Assembly (NCBI RefSeq): GCF_032062105.1
Contig: NW_026927173.1
Span: 124,001 to 188,000, forward strand
DNA length: 64,000 bases
Direction: 5' to 3'
From: Saccostrea cucullata
Taxonomy: Eukaryota
This document shows positions 13,327 through 26,100 of this stretch, in pieces. Below the pieces are notes generated by a model that saw only the letters and a program-made list of their open reading frames with translations, ran no database searches and was not told where the DNA came from. Position 1 is the first letter of the stretch. The number at the start of each line of letters is the position of its first letter. The translations under genes and the position numbers were made by a program.

Positions 13327-14347
13327 AATACAGGGTAGGGCAAGGAGAAATTTTATTTGAAATAAAAAAAAATCAATAGATTTAAATATATCGGAAATTT
13401 GATATAGAATCTCATTTTGAATTGCAGTAGACAATGTTTAGATGTTAAAGAAAGAATAGATTGTTTTCCTATGACATATTTTGCCCCGGAGTTATTCCCC
13501 TTGGCTGCCATCTTGTAGGGCAAGGAAGTGAATTTTCCTCTTTGAACAACCAATTTTAAACATGCATGGCAGAAATATTTGGTGAAAAATATTTACAATC
13601 TTGAAATTATGAATTAAAAGATGATTTTACAAATGTATATTCATTAAAAAAAAAAAAAAAAAAACAGGGTTATCTTTACCTCAGTAATCAGTATAACAAA
13701 CTGAACTTGGTTGAATAATGACAGATTCTGGGAATACTGACCTACAATATGGCAATCATGGGGAAATAACTCTTGCTTAAATCACCTCAATGAAAAACCA
13801 TTCACATTTTGTATAACAATTCTTGTCTGTCTATTTAAGGTGCCTAAGAGTTGAAATAGCAGGGGACATAAAAAGGGTACAAGGGGGTATGGGGTTCCTC
13901 TCTTAACAAAAAAAAAAAGCCTTGGGGGAAATTACCAGTATAACCGGAGGATTATGTCAATATGGGCAGGGAAATTCCCCAGCCACTGGGTCTTGCAGAC
14001 AACCCTGCTACTGTTTCATTAACACTCTTACAAAATTAGATTCAGTCATTAGATTGATTAGTTTATTGTTGAGAGAAGCCCTGGTTTTAACCATTTTTGA
14101 CACTTAAATGTTCTCTCTTTAAGAAGTCATTTCAATGACACAAAGATTAACTCAATCAGCAAAACATTACAACGGTCAAGTTTTGAACTTGATTTTGCAG
14201 TTTTAACTTAAAAGTCTTATTTTTTTCTCTTTTCAGATTGCTGCAGTCTGCTGCGTGGAACAATGGTCGATTAAAGTCAAGAAAGCATTCAATTTCCCTT
14301 GCTCTCTGATAATAATAATCGTCCCAGATGAAAAATATTAAAATAAA

Positions 14348-17300
14348 ATGGTAATTTTCTATCATAAAGCAGAACAACGAAAATAAAAAAAAAGTTGCTG
14401 AAAATGTGTGTCAAAACCAGTGTGTTTGTGGACAGAGTGAAAGTGGGATATAAGACCTTGAAAACAGCATTCTCTTTATTGAAGGCATAAAATTTATTTT
14501 GAAAATTTTGTTAAAAATGCATATTATTAGAGTTATATTATAGAAATGGTCTTTTTCTGAGGGAAATTCTAATAAATCGGAGGTATGTATCCTGGACAAA
14601 TAGGTCTTGAAATCTAACGTATGGAGAAGTCATCAACTTTGGGATGGAAGTGCAACAATTCCTGGCCCTGTTTGAGACATAAAAAATAAGGTCAAGGAAT
14701 TAATTGATACATAAAAGCAAGGTTCACCAAGGGCCCTATTTGGCCTTAAAAAATTTTTTTATTCAATTTTAGCTGACATTTTAAAAATCAATTTCACTCT
14801 GACATGACGACTAGATAAAAAACGTTTTTCTTACTATGTACAGTGAAACTAGCTTAGTCCAGATGTTGTGCAATATGAAATCTTGTCTAATACAGTAGAA
14901 ACTCAAAATTCAGTTGTTTAAGATACTGTATGACATGGAATGGTTGCTTAATCTGGTCAATTTCTTTGGAACCAGGTCAAAAATTCCAAGTAAATATTGA
15001 TTGAATAGGTGGGGGATATTTCAAATATTTTCTTGGCTAAGTTCCTGCAGAATATCTATTTGTTGAGCATACTCATAGGCACATATTTTTTTTTGTAGCA
15101 TTGAAACCCACTTCATATCTACAAAACAGTTTCTTCTTTTTGTGGCTTTTGAAAAGTATTTTTTTTTTATAAGATGAGTTGAAAGGAGAAAGTTTTCTTT
15201 ATATTAGTTTTGGAGAATGGAGATAGGACTTAGAGAATCCATAAACTGGACCATTTTATACATAATGTGAACTTAGCTCCTATATCTCTTAGTACAATAT
15301 ATTGGCAAAGCATACAGTCCCATGGCATAGTAAAGGTAAAAATGAAATTATGTACAAAATGCAGGAAAATGAAAACAATCTGGACATTGATTAATTGATA
15401 AAACCGATGAATACAAAAAGAGGACGGACTTCAATGATTTTGATAAGCTTCATTGATTATGCTGTCCTGCTGATCATACAGGTATAGAGGCTTTAAGATT
15501 GAAATGGCACATGACAATCTTCTTGCCTTGCTTTTGTCATCAAATATGTATAAGCCTTTTCTTCCATAAAGACTGGAATCTTCTCTAAAATCCAACTTGA
15601 AGCAAAGTGCAAAATCTGTTGGTTGTGAGAGACATAGTTTTCTCATATGAAATGCATAACACACCATTATATATTTATAACAAAGAATTCTGATTTAATG
15701 GGTTGAATTCAGATCATAGAATTTTTCAATTTTCATATAATAACTATAGGTAAGGGGAGAATGAACAAAAAAAGTGATGCATCTAGTCTTGAGATTATAA
15801 AACATAAGGTGCTTTTAATTTTCCGAATTGAAATAAAATGAAAAGATTGGGTTCACATTTGGTCAAGGGTTTAATAGAAGTCATGGAGCATGTAGATAAT
15901 TTGTAAATTCGACTCCATTATTGTGAATGTTTCTTGGCCTTCAACTGTTTTTTAATGCCCATTGTGATAAAAAATAAAAAATTACAAGAGGAAATATAGA
16001 AATAAAATTTCAAGTTGTTTAAAATGTGGCTGTATGACAAAATCATTATCAGTCGACAAAAAATGCATTCAACGGAAAACACAAGGAGTACTTCCTGATT
16101 CACAATTATTCTCGTGAGCATGTTGTTTTGAGGGATTTTCTCAGGATACATGCATTAACAGTATTGATTTTATATTTAGATTAATATCAAAATAAAGAAA
16201 GCACACTATGGGCATGATAAATTCAAGGAATCATTGAACTTTTTCAAAAGAAATTGTTAGGGGGGGGGGGGGGTACCATTTAGGAATAAGAGGTAGCCAC
16301 TTCTGGAAAGACATTTCTGAGTATTGGTGCTTGGGTGCAGTATAGTCAAGTATCTTTTTTAAGGCAGTAAAACAGAATAAAACTAGTTATCCAACTCAAC
16401 AACATTAAGATCTGAAAGATTTTGCATTGCATCTTCATCCGGTAGAAGGATCCTGTCCCAGTTTTGAATAGGGAATAAGTTTATCCTACTTAACATTAAA
16501 ATAAAAAAAAAAAAAACAAACTTTAGTATTTTCTGATTTTGCCTTTGTTTTAACAATTTGAAATTCTGGATCAAAAGGGTACATAGACCTAAAAGGACCA
16601 ATTAAGCCCTTAATATGGATTGGATTGGGGGGGGGGGTTAATGATACCTGTTAGATGAAAGAAATTGAGCCAAAATTGATGTTTAAAGACTTCATTCTTT
16701 GGTGTAAAAAGATTTGCACAGACGAGATAAATTTGAATGCTGTTTTCAAGGTTTATGAGAGAAAGGTTTGAAAATAACAACATACTGCAGTACATGAATA
16801 CATATAAGGCCAAGAGCAAATGTTTTATTTCTTTATGAAATTGAAGGTTTGACTCTACATAAGGCCAAAATATATACACAGACACAGATAAAAATAATAT
16901 ATATTTATATATAATTATAGCCTTATTGTAATGTAATATATGGTACTTTGATACTTTGTCTGAAGAGCTTCTAGTGCACATCTCCAAGAATTCTATAGAA
17001 TTATACTAAATCTTCAATGTATACCCTGAATGGAAATATTTTTGGCTTCGTTAAATTTGATTGAGAAGAACATGAACCCTCTTCAATGATTATTATAAAA
17101 ACAATTCTAGAAACAAACACATTGGCATTCATTTCTGAAATTCAAGAGGGACTACCATTACCCAGTTCATATATCTGATTTTATAAGGAGCTTTGCTTTG
17201 ATGAACTATACATCTTCCAAGTATTTGAAGTTAATGATGACAAACTTTTTACAGGCCCCAATAGATCCCCATCAGTTGTTGAAGGGACTAGCTCCCTTGT

Positions 17301-20300
17301 TAACACCAAATGGTGCCATCAAAAGTCCAACTGAAACCTCCAGAATAGTTAGCTTGATGAAAGAAGCAAACAAGCTTGTAAGCAGATGTGTTTACATCAA
17401 CATCCTTAGAGCTACAGAGTCTGAGAAAACTCTGGAAAAGTAAGAAAACGTTCATACACTATCAGAATACTTCAAGCTATATAAATCTCATTAAACTGAA
17501 GCAAGATGAATATTCTGTTAAAGCACATGCACAAAATATTAGTTCAACAAAAATAACACTGGAAAACATCCTGGTCGCCTATACATGTTGATTTCTTGAC
17601 ATTTCTTTTCATTGATACCTGTAGGTTTATTGAGGTGGGAGGTTGGGATGTCCTCAATAGTTGGCTACAAGACTGTAAAGAATCGGAGAATTATCCAGTT
17701 CTGGTAGAGATGCTTAAAGTATTCCAACAACTTCCTGTCACAGTGGAACTACTCAAGCAAAACAACTCCGCCAAGACCATCAAGGCTTTTTCTAAATGTG
17801 ACAATGAAAGTGAGTGTCTATATACAGTATTGATTAGCTGCTCTCATGTTTTATTATGTTGTACATGTACTAAAAGGGCCTGCTACATTGTACTAACCTG
17901 AAGCTGGACAACTTCAGGGAGTGATATTGTAAATACGACAACTTAATAAAGCAAGAATACAAAGGCTAGAACACAATAGGGGGTTATGGGGGGATGAGCT
18001 GTATGCAGGATTATTTTCGCCCCATGTTATTTTCGTTCTTTTACACTTGATAACAAATTTGCCCCATTTTAAATTAGCCCAATCACAGTTCTGTTTAAGA
18101 AATTTATACTGTTTTCTTTGAGTTCCACCCATTTGAAATTCCCCCATTTGTGACTTGATTGAAAAGGGCAAAAGTAAAACAGGGGCCAATATTTCCCTGT
18201 ATACAATATATACTAATCCTGGCTAGGGACATGTACTTCATTCCACTGTGTTTCATGCCTGTGTACGCTTGCTTACTCTTGTTACTGCCCTTTTGTTTCT
18301 ACCTCCTTGCCTTTCGGGGAAGTGAGTGAGTTCCTTTTAGTTCAGTTGTTTGAGCCATAATTTGCCTCGGTATTGGCCAGCGACTATTCAACAATATTGC
18401 ACGTATTTCTAGGCATTCATAACCACCATCATCTGTAGAGTAAAACACCCCTCAGACAAAGTACCAGAATGAGCAATTCTGATTTGATATAAGCATCATT
18501 TGTTAGATTTGTTAGAATTACAGTATTTTTTAAAAACCATGGGGAATGAAAATCATTTTGTTGTAAGCGTGAATTCATTTCAAGCATGTTCGCAAGTTTT
18601 ACTGTGGACAGTGAGGTTGATGTATCACTGTATTAGTGTATGTTTTGCATCTGTAATATAGTTACAATACACATTTGATAGACTGTTTCTTTATTTCTTT
18701 TATAGCTGTCAAAACAATGTCCTCTGATATTGTGGACAAGTGGATGGAGAAGGTCAGAGGAAAGAATAATGAAGTTTCAAGTATGTAAATATATATATAT
18801 TTGCTCTGCAAAAAGTTTATTACTTGTCATGTTTAATTACTTACTCAATGCATAGTGTATTTTTATGGAGAAATATACATGTTAGATGACTTGATTTTGA
18901 AAGCATTGAAATTTCAAGTTTTTAATCTGATGATGTAATTGCTAGTAATTTGTGTTTGCAGATGACTCTAAAAAGAAGAAGTCAGACAAAGAAAAAAGTA
19001 AAAAGAGTGACAGAGACAAGGAATCTGATGAAAACAGGAAGAACAGTGATAAATCTAGAGATGAGAAATACTCAAAACATAGGACTAAAGAGGAAAAACT
19101 CAGTGAGGATGTGAGCATTAAGGACTCGTTAGGTGTTGTGACAAAAACTAACGGACTGAAGCTTCATATCAAGATAGAAAGACCCCCAGTGTCAGACAGT
19201 GATAAATCAAAATCAGAGTCCAAACCAGACAAAAAACGAGCTTCCACGGTCAAAAGACCAAACACAAAGTTCAGGTCTACAGGTGCGATTTTATTTTTGT
19301 ATTTTAGATAATAATTGATCAGTTTCTTGAAGATTTTTGATCGTTTTCAAACTCTATGAATGCCAAATTTTACAGGTTTGGAGGAGGATATTGTTACCAA
19401 ACAATCAAAGAAACTGTCAAATGATCCAAACAAGTCGCAACAGAAGAGGCAAGGGTAAGGAGGACATAAATAAACGTATTACAATTGCATTTCAAAGCAA
19501 TTACAATTTACATACACTAAGATGATAATTGCTGAATGACATTTCTAATTTATTTATTTTATGAAAGTTCGGAATTGAAACCAAAGGAGGAGCAGCCACC
19601 TGGAAAGCGGTCTCGTTTGGAGGGTGGGTCTACAGAGGATGCCACATCAGAGCAACCACCTGCTCAGTCCCCCACCACAGCTTCTCCTGCAGATGTGCAC
19701 AAGCAAATCAAAATAACACCGCCTAAACCCAAAAGTGAGTTGTCAAGTTTACACATTGTAAGGAAAGAAGTACATGTATCTGTCCGAAAGCTCATATCCA
19801 AATTTCAATGTTTTTATCTGACTCATCGTGCTGTCGTCTGATTTCTCTGTAAGAGAAATGGTAATGTTTAATGTGTAAATTCATATTAAAAATTCATGTT
19901 TTCTTTTAGCTGTGATACATGAGAGTACAAATTTCATTGACTCTCTCCTTCCTGACCGTCCAACTGGAGTGATACGTAGGAAGAAGAAGACGGGTGCCAC
20001 GGTGGCGATAACCTCTGTACCTGGTGCCTCGCGTGGTCCAACCACTCCCATTACTGCCAAACCCCCAACGCCTACATCTCCCCATACCCCCATCTCCCCT
20101 ACCACTGCCATCAAAAACTCACTTCCGGTTGTTCCATCTGTAAGTCCTCAAATAGATTCACTTTTGTTATATCAGAGGTTTTTTTTTGTTGGTCATATCA
20201 CTCAAACACTTGAGATTTGTAAAAGTTTTAATTTAATGGAGAGTGGTTTGTATACTGTATAAAATGACATTTTTAAAAATAAATATACATCTGTAATTAA

Positions 20301-22956
20301 CCTCTAACCTGTCTGTGATGAAGAAAGCTGGGACTGATGATAAAATATTTATGATTTTGATAGTTTTACAAAGACACATTGGAAACACCAACTGAAGAAA
20401 AAAGGAGTCCAAGCCCTCCCACATTGGACAAGAGGAGCCCCTCCCCCACAGAAAAAGAGGACAAAGATACTGCCCCACCCACTCTAGAGGAGAATAAAAC
20501 TTCAGAAGATGTGGAAATGACGGATGCTTTAAAAGAGGGTAAAAACTTTGATCGCTAAAAGACTATTTTATTTTGTAAAAAGTTAATATTTCTTCGGAAT
20601 TTTTAATTTTGTTTGAAGTTATTGAAACATTGTAATTTAAAATGAGAGAAAAAATGATGAGTGAACAATATTTTGTTTTCAAAAACTTTTTCTGACCATG
20701 CAAACTGAAAATAAGGTAACAACTTAATATTGTACCTATATATTGTGTCTTGAAATACTTGATACAGGCTCTGAAGCCAGCAGAGAAGCAATGGACACAG
20801 ATGAGAAGTCCGGGGAGTCTAAGGGTCTACTGACAACAGGTGCTACAGGCAAAAAGAAGAAAAACAAGAAAGTATCCTGGGCCGAAGACTCCAGTTTACG
20901 ATTATTTCACTACTTTGAACTGGACGAGACAGAGAGAGGTACAGACAAACTTATGTTTCTATTTTTCTAGGTGCAGTTGAAACATTTTTACAAACAATAA
21001 AGAAAAGGGGGGCATTATTAATATTTAATTTCCTTACATTTATAGAAAATGTGAATAGGCCAAAAGACTTTAACCAGTTGAAGAAACAAGAAGCACATTT
21101 GGATAGGAAGGTAGGCATGTCTTGGTTTTATAAATATGTTTGTAAATTGTAAAGGTTCATGTACATGTAGGTAAATCCTGGTTTTAAAATAGAAATTTTA
21201 CGAGCAGAGTTTTTATTGTATTTATAATACACATAAAATTTATTTACAGGTGATGGAATCTGCAAGAAGACAGACCAAAGACAACATGGTTGAGGCCATA
21301 CCTGTAAGTATAGACCAAGAATTGTTTTATTACTAGGGATATTCATTGTTCAAGTTCTCTGTGTTTATTCAGTATTGCTGATTTATAAGGGGAGTAACTG
21401 TGATTTGAGTGTTGGATTATCTTTAAAGTGTAAATAAATAATGAACAAGTTAATTGATAACTGTAAAACATTGTAAACTGTTGTAGAAATAAAACCGAAG
21501 GGAGGTTACCTGCAAATGCGTTGTAAACAATTAGGCACCACTTTGTGTAAGGAAGAAGGTGTGAACATTAACATGATTTTTTAAGTTCAATTTAAATATA
21601 CAATGAATGTTTAATTTTATACGAGAAATAAAATCAGAAATGGTTCACAGTGTTTTTGTTTAAAAAATAATCTGTTCCGTAATTGTTATGTAACTCTTTT
21701 GCGTTTGATGTCCAAGTGATAAGTTGCCACAAAGCTATCCTTGTAAAGGGGATAAACTTGATCAAGCCATCCTATAAAGGGAGATTTATATGAAAATTTA
21801 GTGGCACTTTTTAAAAATCTAGATTTCATAGAATTATGATACGGTAAAGATGAAACTTTGGGGAAACAACGAGGTAGTGTAGATTCAAATTTGTTAAAGC
21901 ATTTGCATTAATTGGCATGTAATCAAATGCATCCAAAGTTTTACATAGAAATATACAGGAAAATTCTTTAAAAATCTTCTTCTCAAGAATGACAAAGCCA
22001 TAATTCATCATATTTTTATGGGAGCATGCTCAGGTAGTGTAGATTCAAGTTTGTTCAAATCATGACCCCCGGGGGTAGGGCAGGAAATGGCCGAAGTTTT
22101 AATGAAATATATAGGAAAATTAAAAACCTTCATCAATATATATGGAAGCATGCTCAGGTAGTGTAGATTCAAGTTTGTTCAAATCAAGCCCAGGGGTAGG
22201 TACATCAAAGTGTTTGAAATATATAGGAAAATTCTGTATAAAAATCTTTTTCCACAGAATGACAAAGCCATAATTCATCATTTATTTGGAAGCATGTTAG
22301 GAAACCCTAATTACTGTTTGTACAAATGCAATGAACATTTTACGTTTTAAAACCGACCAAAGTTTTAATAGCAATATATAAAAATTCTTTAAAAATCTTC
22401 TCAAGAATGACAAAGCCATAATTCATCATATTTATATGGAAGCATGCTCAGGTAGTGTAGGTTCAAGTTTGTTTAAATCATGACCCCTGGGGGGTAGGGC
22501 GGGGCCAAAATGGCCGACCAAAGTTTTACATAGAAATATATAGGAAAATTCTTTAAACATCTTCTGTGTTCAAGAATGACAAAGCCATAATTCATCATAT
22601 TTATATGGAAGCATGTTAGGTAGTGTAGATTCAAGTTTGTTCAAATCATGAAGTGGAGGAGGCCTCCATGGCCGATAAAGTTTTACATAGAAATATATAG
22701 GAAAATTCTTTAAATCTTCTTCTCAAGAATGACAAAGCCATAATTCATCATATATATATGGAAGCATGCTCAGGTAGTGTAGATTCAGTTTGTTCAAATC
22801 ATGACCCCTGTAGGGTAAAGCAAAATGGCCAGGCAAAGTTTTTAAAGATATATAAAGGAAAATTCTTTAAAAATCATTTTCTACAAAGTAGCAAATCCAT
22901 GATTTATTTAAACTTTACAATAAAAAGCCATTTTCTACTTTTTCCTACCCTTAGTG

Positions 22957-22992
<36 letters not shown>

Positions 22993-24745
22993 TATATCTA
23001 GTATAGATTGGACGTTTTTAAATACACAAATGAGTATTCAAATTAAATCTTCTGTTCCATTGTAGGCTTCCTGACACACCAAGTGAACCTGACCTAGAAA
23101 CAGTAGAACCTGCAGATCCGAAGTTTATTCCCCTCGAAGATGTGAGTTACAGTACCTTTAAGCATTGCATCATTGTTAAATACAATGTGAACATAGTGAT
23201 CTTACTCAGAATGTAGACAAATTTTGGTGTAGGCTGAGCTTATTTGTGATTTACTTTTTGACCTTTCAGGAAAACTCCACAGGAGAGGATGTTTTCAGTC
23301 ATGTTAACCCTACTGCACACGAGGCTACTGCTGCTAATACTCCTCCTGACCCCAGTTCTATTTTTGGTCAGCTTAATATACCTCCAGACATTGCAGGTGT
23401 ACTGCAAACATTCCAGCAGGGAGGGGGGCTTCCTCCAAACCTAGACCCCGCCAGTGCTCAGAATATCCTGGCATCAATGATGGTAAGAACATACTGTAAA
23501 TGTATTACTTTTAGCAATGTATTCTATTTAGCAATTTTGGCAGAAAGTAGAATGTGCTTAATCAAGTACATGTACACCACTAAATGTTTTGTTTATTATA
23601 CTTTTACATCTCCCGCTTTCAGATTGCACTTAATCAAATCTACATAAAGTTAAACTTTTTGAAACATTAATTTGTGCTAAATATCATACACACATATATT
23701 TACAGTATCCTGATTATTACACCATCTCAAAAGATTTTTGTTTTCACATGTATATTGGTACTTATCTTCATTCAATGAAATGTACTTTTACTTTCTGAAC
23801 TTCCAGGGAACAGTTGGAGATCCAAATAAAACAGGAGATGCCTTTGACAAACTGAAACAAATTCTAGAACCATTCCAATCCATGCAGAATACTGGAGGTA
23901 ATGTTCTTGTTATCTTAAAATTTAGACTATTGAAGAAAAGTAATTTGTGAGAATAACTCTTAAAAAATGCACTTATATTCTTAATGTGTTTTTTGTACCT
24001 TTTAGTTATGGGACCTATGCACCCGCCTGGTCCAGGCATGAGAATGCCTCCCCCAGGGCAGGGGATGATGGGGCCACCTCCAGGTGGAATCTTAGGAGCT
24101 GCTCCTCCAGGGTTTAACCCCATGATGGGACCAGGTGGACCCCAGAGATTCCCAGGTATGACATTGTATATTTATTTTAAAAATGAAAAAGACTTTTGTT
24201 GTGTAAAATGTCGTACAACTTTTTGTTCATTTATCAAGGTTGACCTTTTGATTTCATTGTAGGTGGCCCTGGGAATGATGAGTGGGGAGAAAACATGATA
24301 GGAGGACCACCAATGAGGGGTAGAGGTCGGGCGGGTATACCAATGAGAGGTGGGGGACCACGTGGCCCTCCTCCAGGAATACCTGGGGGCCCTCCAATGG
24401 GTCCCCCAATGAGAGGAGGAAGAGGGGGCAGAGTTAGACAAGGTAAATATTATTCTGTTGGTTTGCTCATACGTGTGATTAATAATTGGGAAACAAAGAG
24501 AAAAAATGTAAATAGTGTAGGAACAATATCAATCTAAAATATTTTAACAATCCCATTCTTCTGTTTTTCATAAGATTCATAATTTGTGGTATTCTCAAGT
24601 TATTACAAGAATTTCTCAAACAAGTGACCTTTTTGTTTCAGTGAATGGAGACCGAGCGGTGTGTCGTCATTTTGCTGCGGGTGGTTGTCGGAGAGGAAAC
24701 ACTTGTTCATTCCTACACCCGGGTGTTAACGGACCACCAGTATAG
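14348..24745 (+). CDS. PPP1R10: PP1 regulatory subunit 10 (PNUTS), about 18 coding exons: ATG 14348-14350, 17255-17439, 17625-17809, 18706-18780, 18962-19282, ~19376-19454, ~19568-19734, ~19910-20139, ~20363-20538, ~20769-20938, ~21046-21110, 21250-(damaged), 23066-23141, ~23270-23482, ~23808-23897, ~24006-24154, ~24263-24442, ~24641-24745
   Basis: The N-terminus [61 protein letters not shown] matches the PNUTS TFIIS-N domain. PP1-binding motif [13 protein letters not shown] at about 20853-20890, P/G/M-rich and RGG region, and C-terminal C3H1 finger [27 protein letters not shown] are present. Confidence 0.95.
18000..18206. mobile_element. MITE in a PPP1R10 intron
   Basis: Imperfect terminal inverted repeats: tgtatgcaggattattttcgcccc and ggggccaatatttccctgtataca. 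Confidence 0.6.
21780..22991 (+). mobile_element. HINE-type element with a degenerate ~166-bp satellite array in a PPP1R10 intron
   Basis: Repeated tcaggtagtgtagattcaagtttgttcaaatcatgacccc and aaaatcttcttctcaagaatgacaaagcc units; terminus ctcaggtgagcgatgtggcccatgggcctcttgtt. Confidence 0.8.
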
Positions 24746-26100
24746 CATTGTGTTGTCTTGGTGTAAATGGACTACCTCTTACACAAGGGGCATTACCATA
24801 TATTCATGAGAAGAATCAAGTAAATGGAATTCAGAATGTTTTCCGACATGTCTGTGAGATGAGCTCTCTTATAGACTTACGAGTGTGGGACTGAAGTCTG
24901 AAAGATTAACAATAGACTTACAAGATTAACTTACAGGAATAGAACTTACAGACTGGAAACTTACAAGTTCTTGTGGTTTATAAAATTAATTGCAAAACTT
25001 CAGGGGAATTTCTATTTAAGGTTGTTTATATGCACATTTTCCTTTTTAAGCATAGAATATTGCAAGAAAGAGACACACTTCAAAAGTGAACTACATGTAC
25101 ATTTGTATTCAAAATTAGGTATCTTATGACTGAAGAAATAATGTAAATCAAAACTTTTCCCAAAGAAATGGGGTTGGTGAATTTTTATTTATATTTGTGT
25201 ATTTTTTAAAATAGACATATACTGAAACTAGATGTAGATATGGTAGAGGATAAAACTAAGGTTGAAATCCATATTCTGTCATGCAAATTGTGTAGCATTC
25301 AGTTCAAATTTCTGTTTGCTATTATAGAATTATTACATCTTTGTAATATTGACCTTCAAAAGTGTTCAAACCGATACACTAGTCAATAAGTAACCAATAA
25401 ATGGATGATGGAAAATCTGATCACTGATTTTATTCAGATAAGGGCATTGACATATTTGTACATTTGAATATTGTAAAAATGTTTTTTGCTGTTGGACAAA
25501 ATCAAGATTTTGAGGACATTATTGAAAAAAGAAGGAAATGCCATTTATGATTAGTTTGAATGGAGCAAATGCATGAATTTCAGTGTATGTATAAATGTCA
25601 AATGTGTGACTGTCATAAGACTTCAAAAGTAAAGATATGCAACTTGGATGGTCTGTTAGTGGGTATGTGTGAAGGTGTGTGATTGTTAAGAGTGATTAAG
25701 ATGGTTGTTATTTTGTATGACTCAGAGATTATGATGATGTTATAATTCCATTTAATGGAGGTGTACATAAACAATCTTGTTATACATTTACATACAGGAG
25801 ATGCCAAAAATAAATTTTAAAAAAATTAACTTTTAATTTTGTTGTATGTATACAAAGGATCTTTGATGTATGAACTGATAAAGGTTACAGATGCTTCTTT
25901 GCACTTACTTTCTCAGAAGTAGTTTTAACTTGTCTTTAATTAAGTTGAGAAAGGAAATCTCTGCTGAATACAATTCATTTCATACTCATCATCACTATGC
26001 AGAGAAAAATGAAAGAAATCTCATTTTATAATTGTATTATTAATGTTTATATACAACATAAAACCACAGTTCGCGAAAATTTTCTCTCGTTAATAAAAGT

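Noticed and set aside
13331-14008. Possible hAT element (cagggt... / ...accctg)
   Set aside because: The terminal match is only about 6 bp and there is no 8-bp TSD, so boundaries cannot be supported.
17198-17254. ORF-track N-terminus MMNYTSSKY.. for PPP1R10
   Set aside because: Homology begins at APIDP directly after a strong acceptor (tttttacag), and an upstream exon ending in ATG|gt explains the start better.
23788-24441. Antisense Gly/Pro-rich ORFs (also 19881-20114, 31213-31933, 34469-34738, 42306-42542)
   Set aside because: Shadow frames of real coding exons on the opposite strand.
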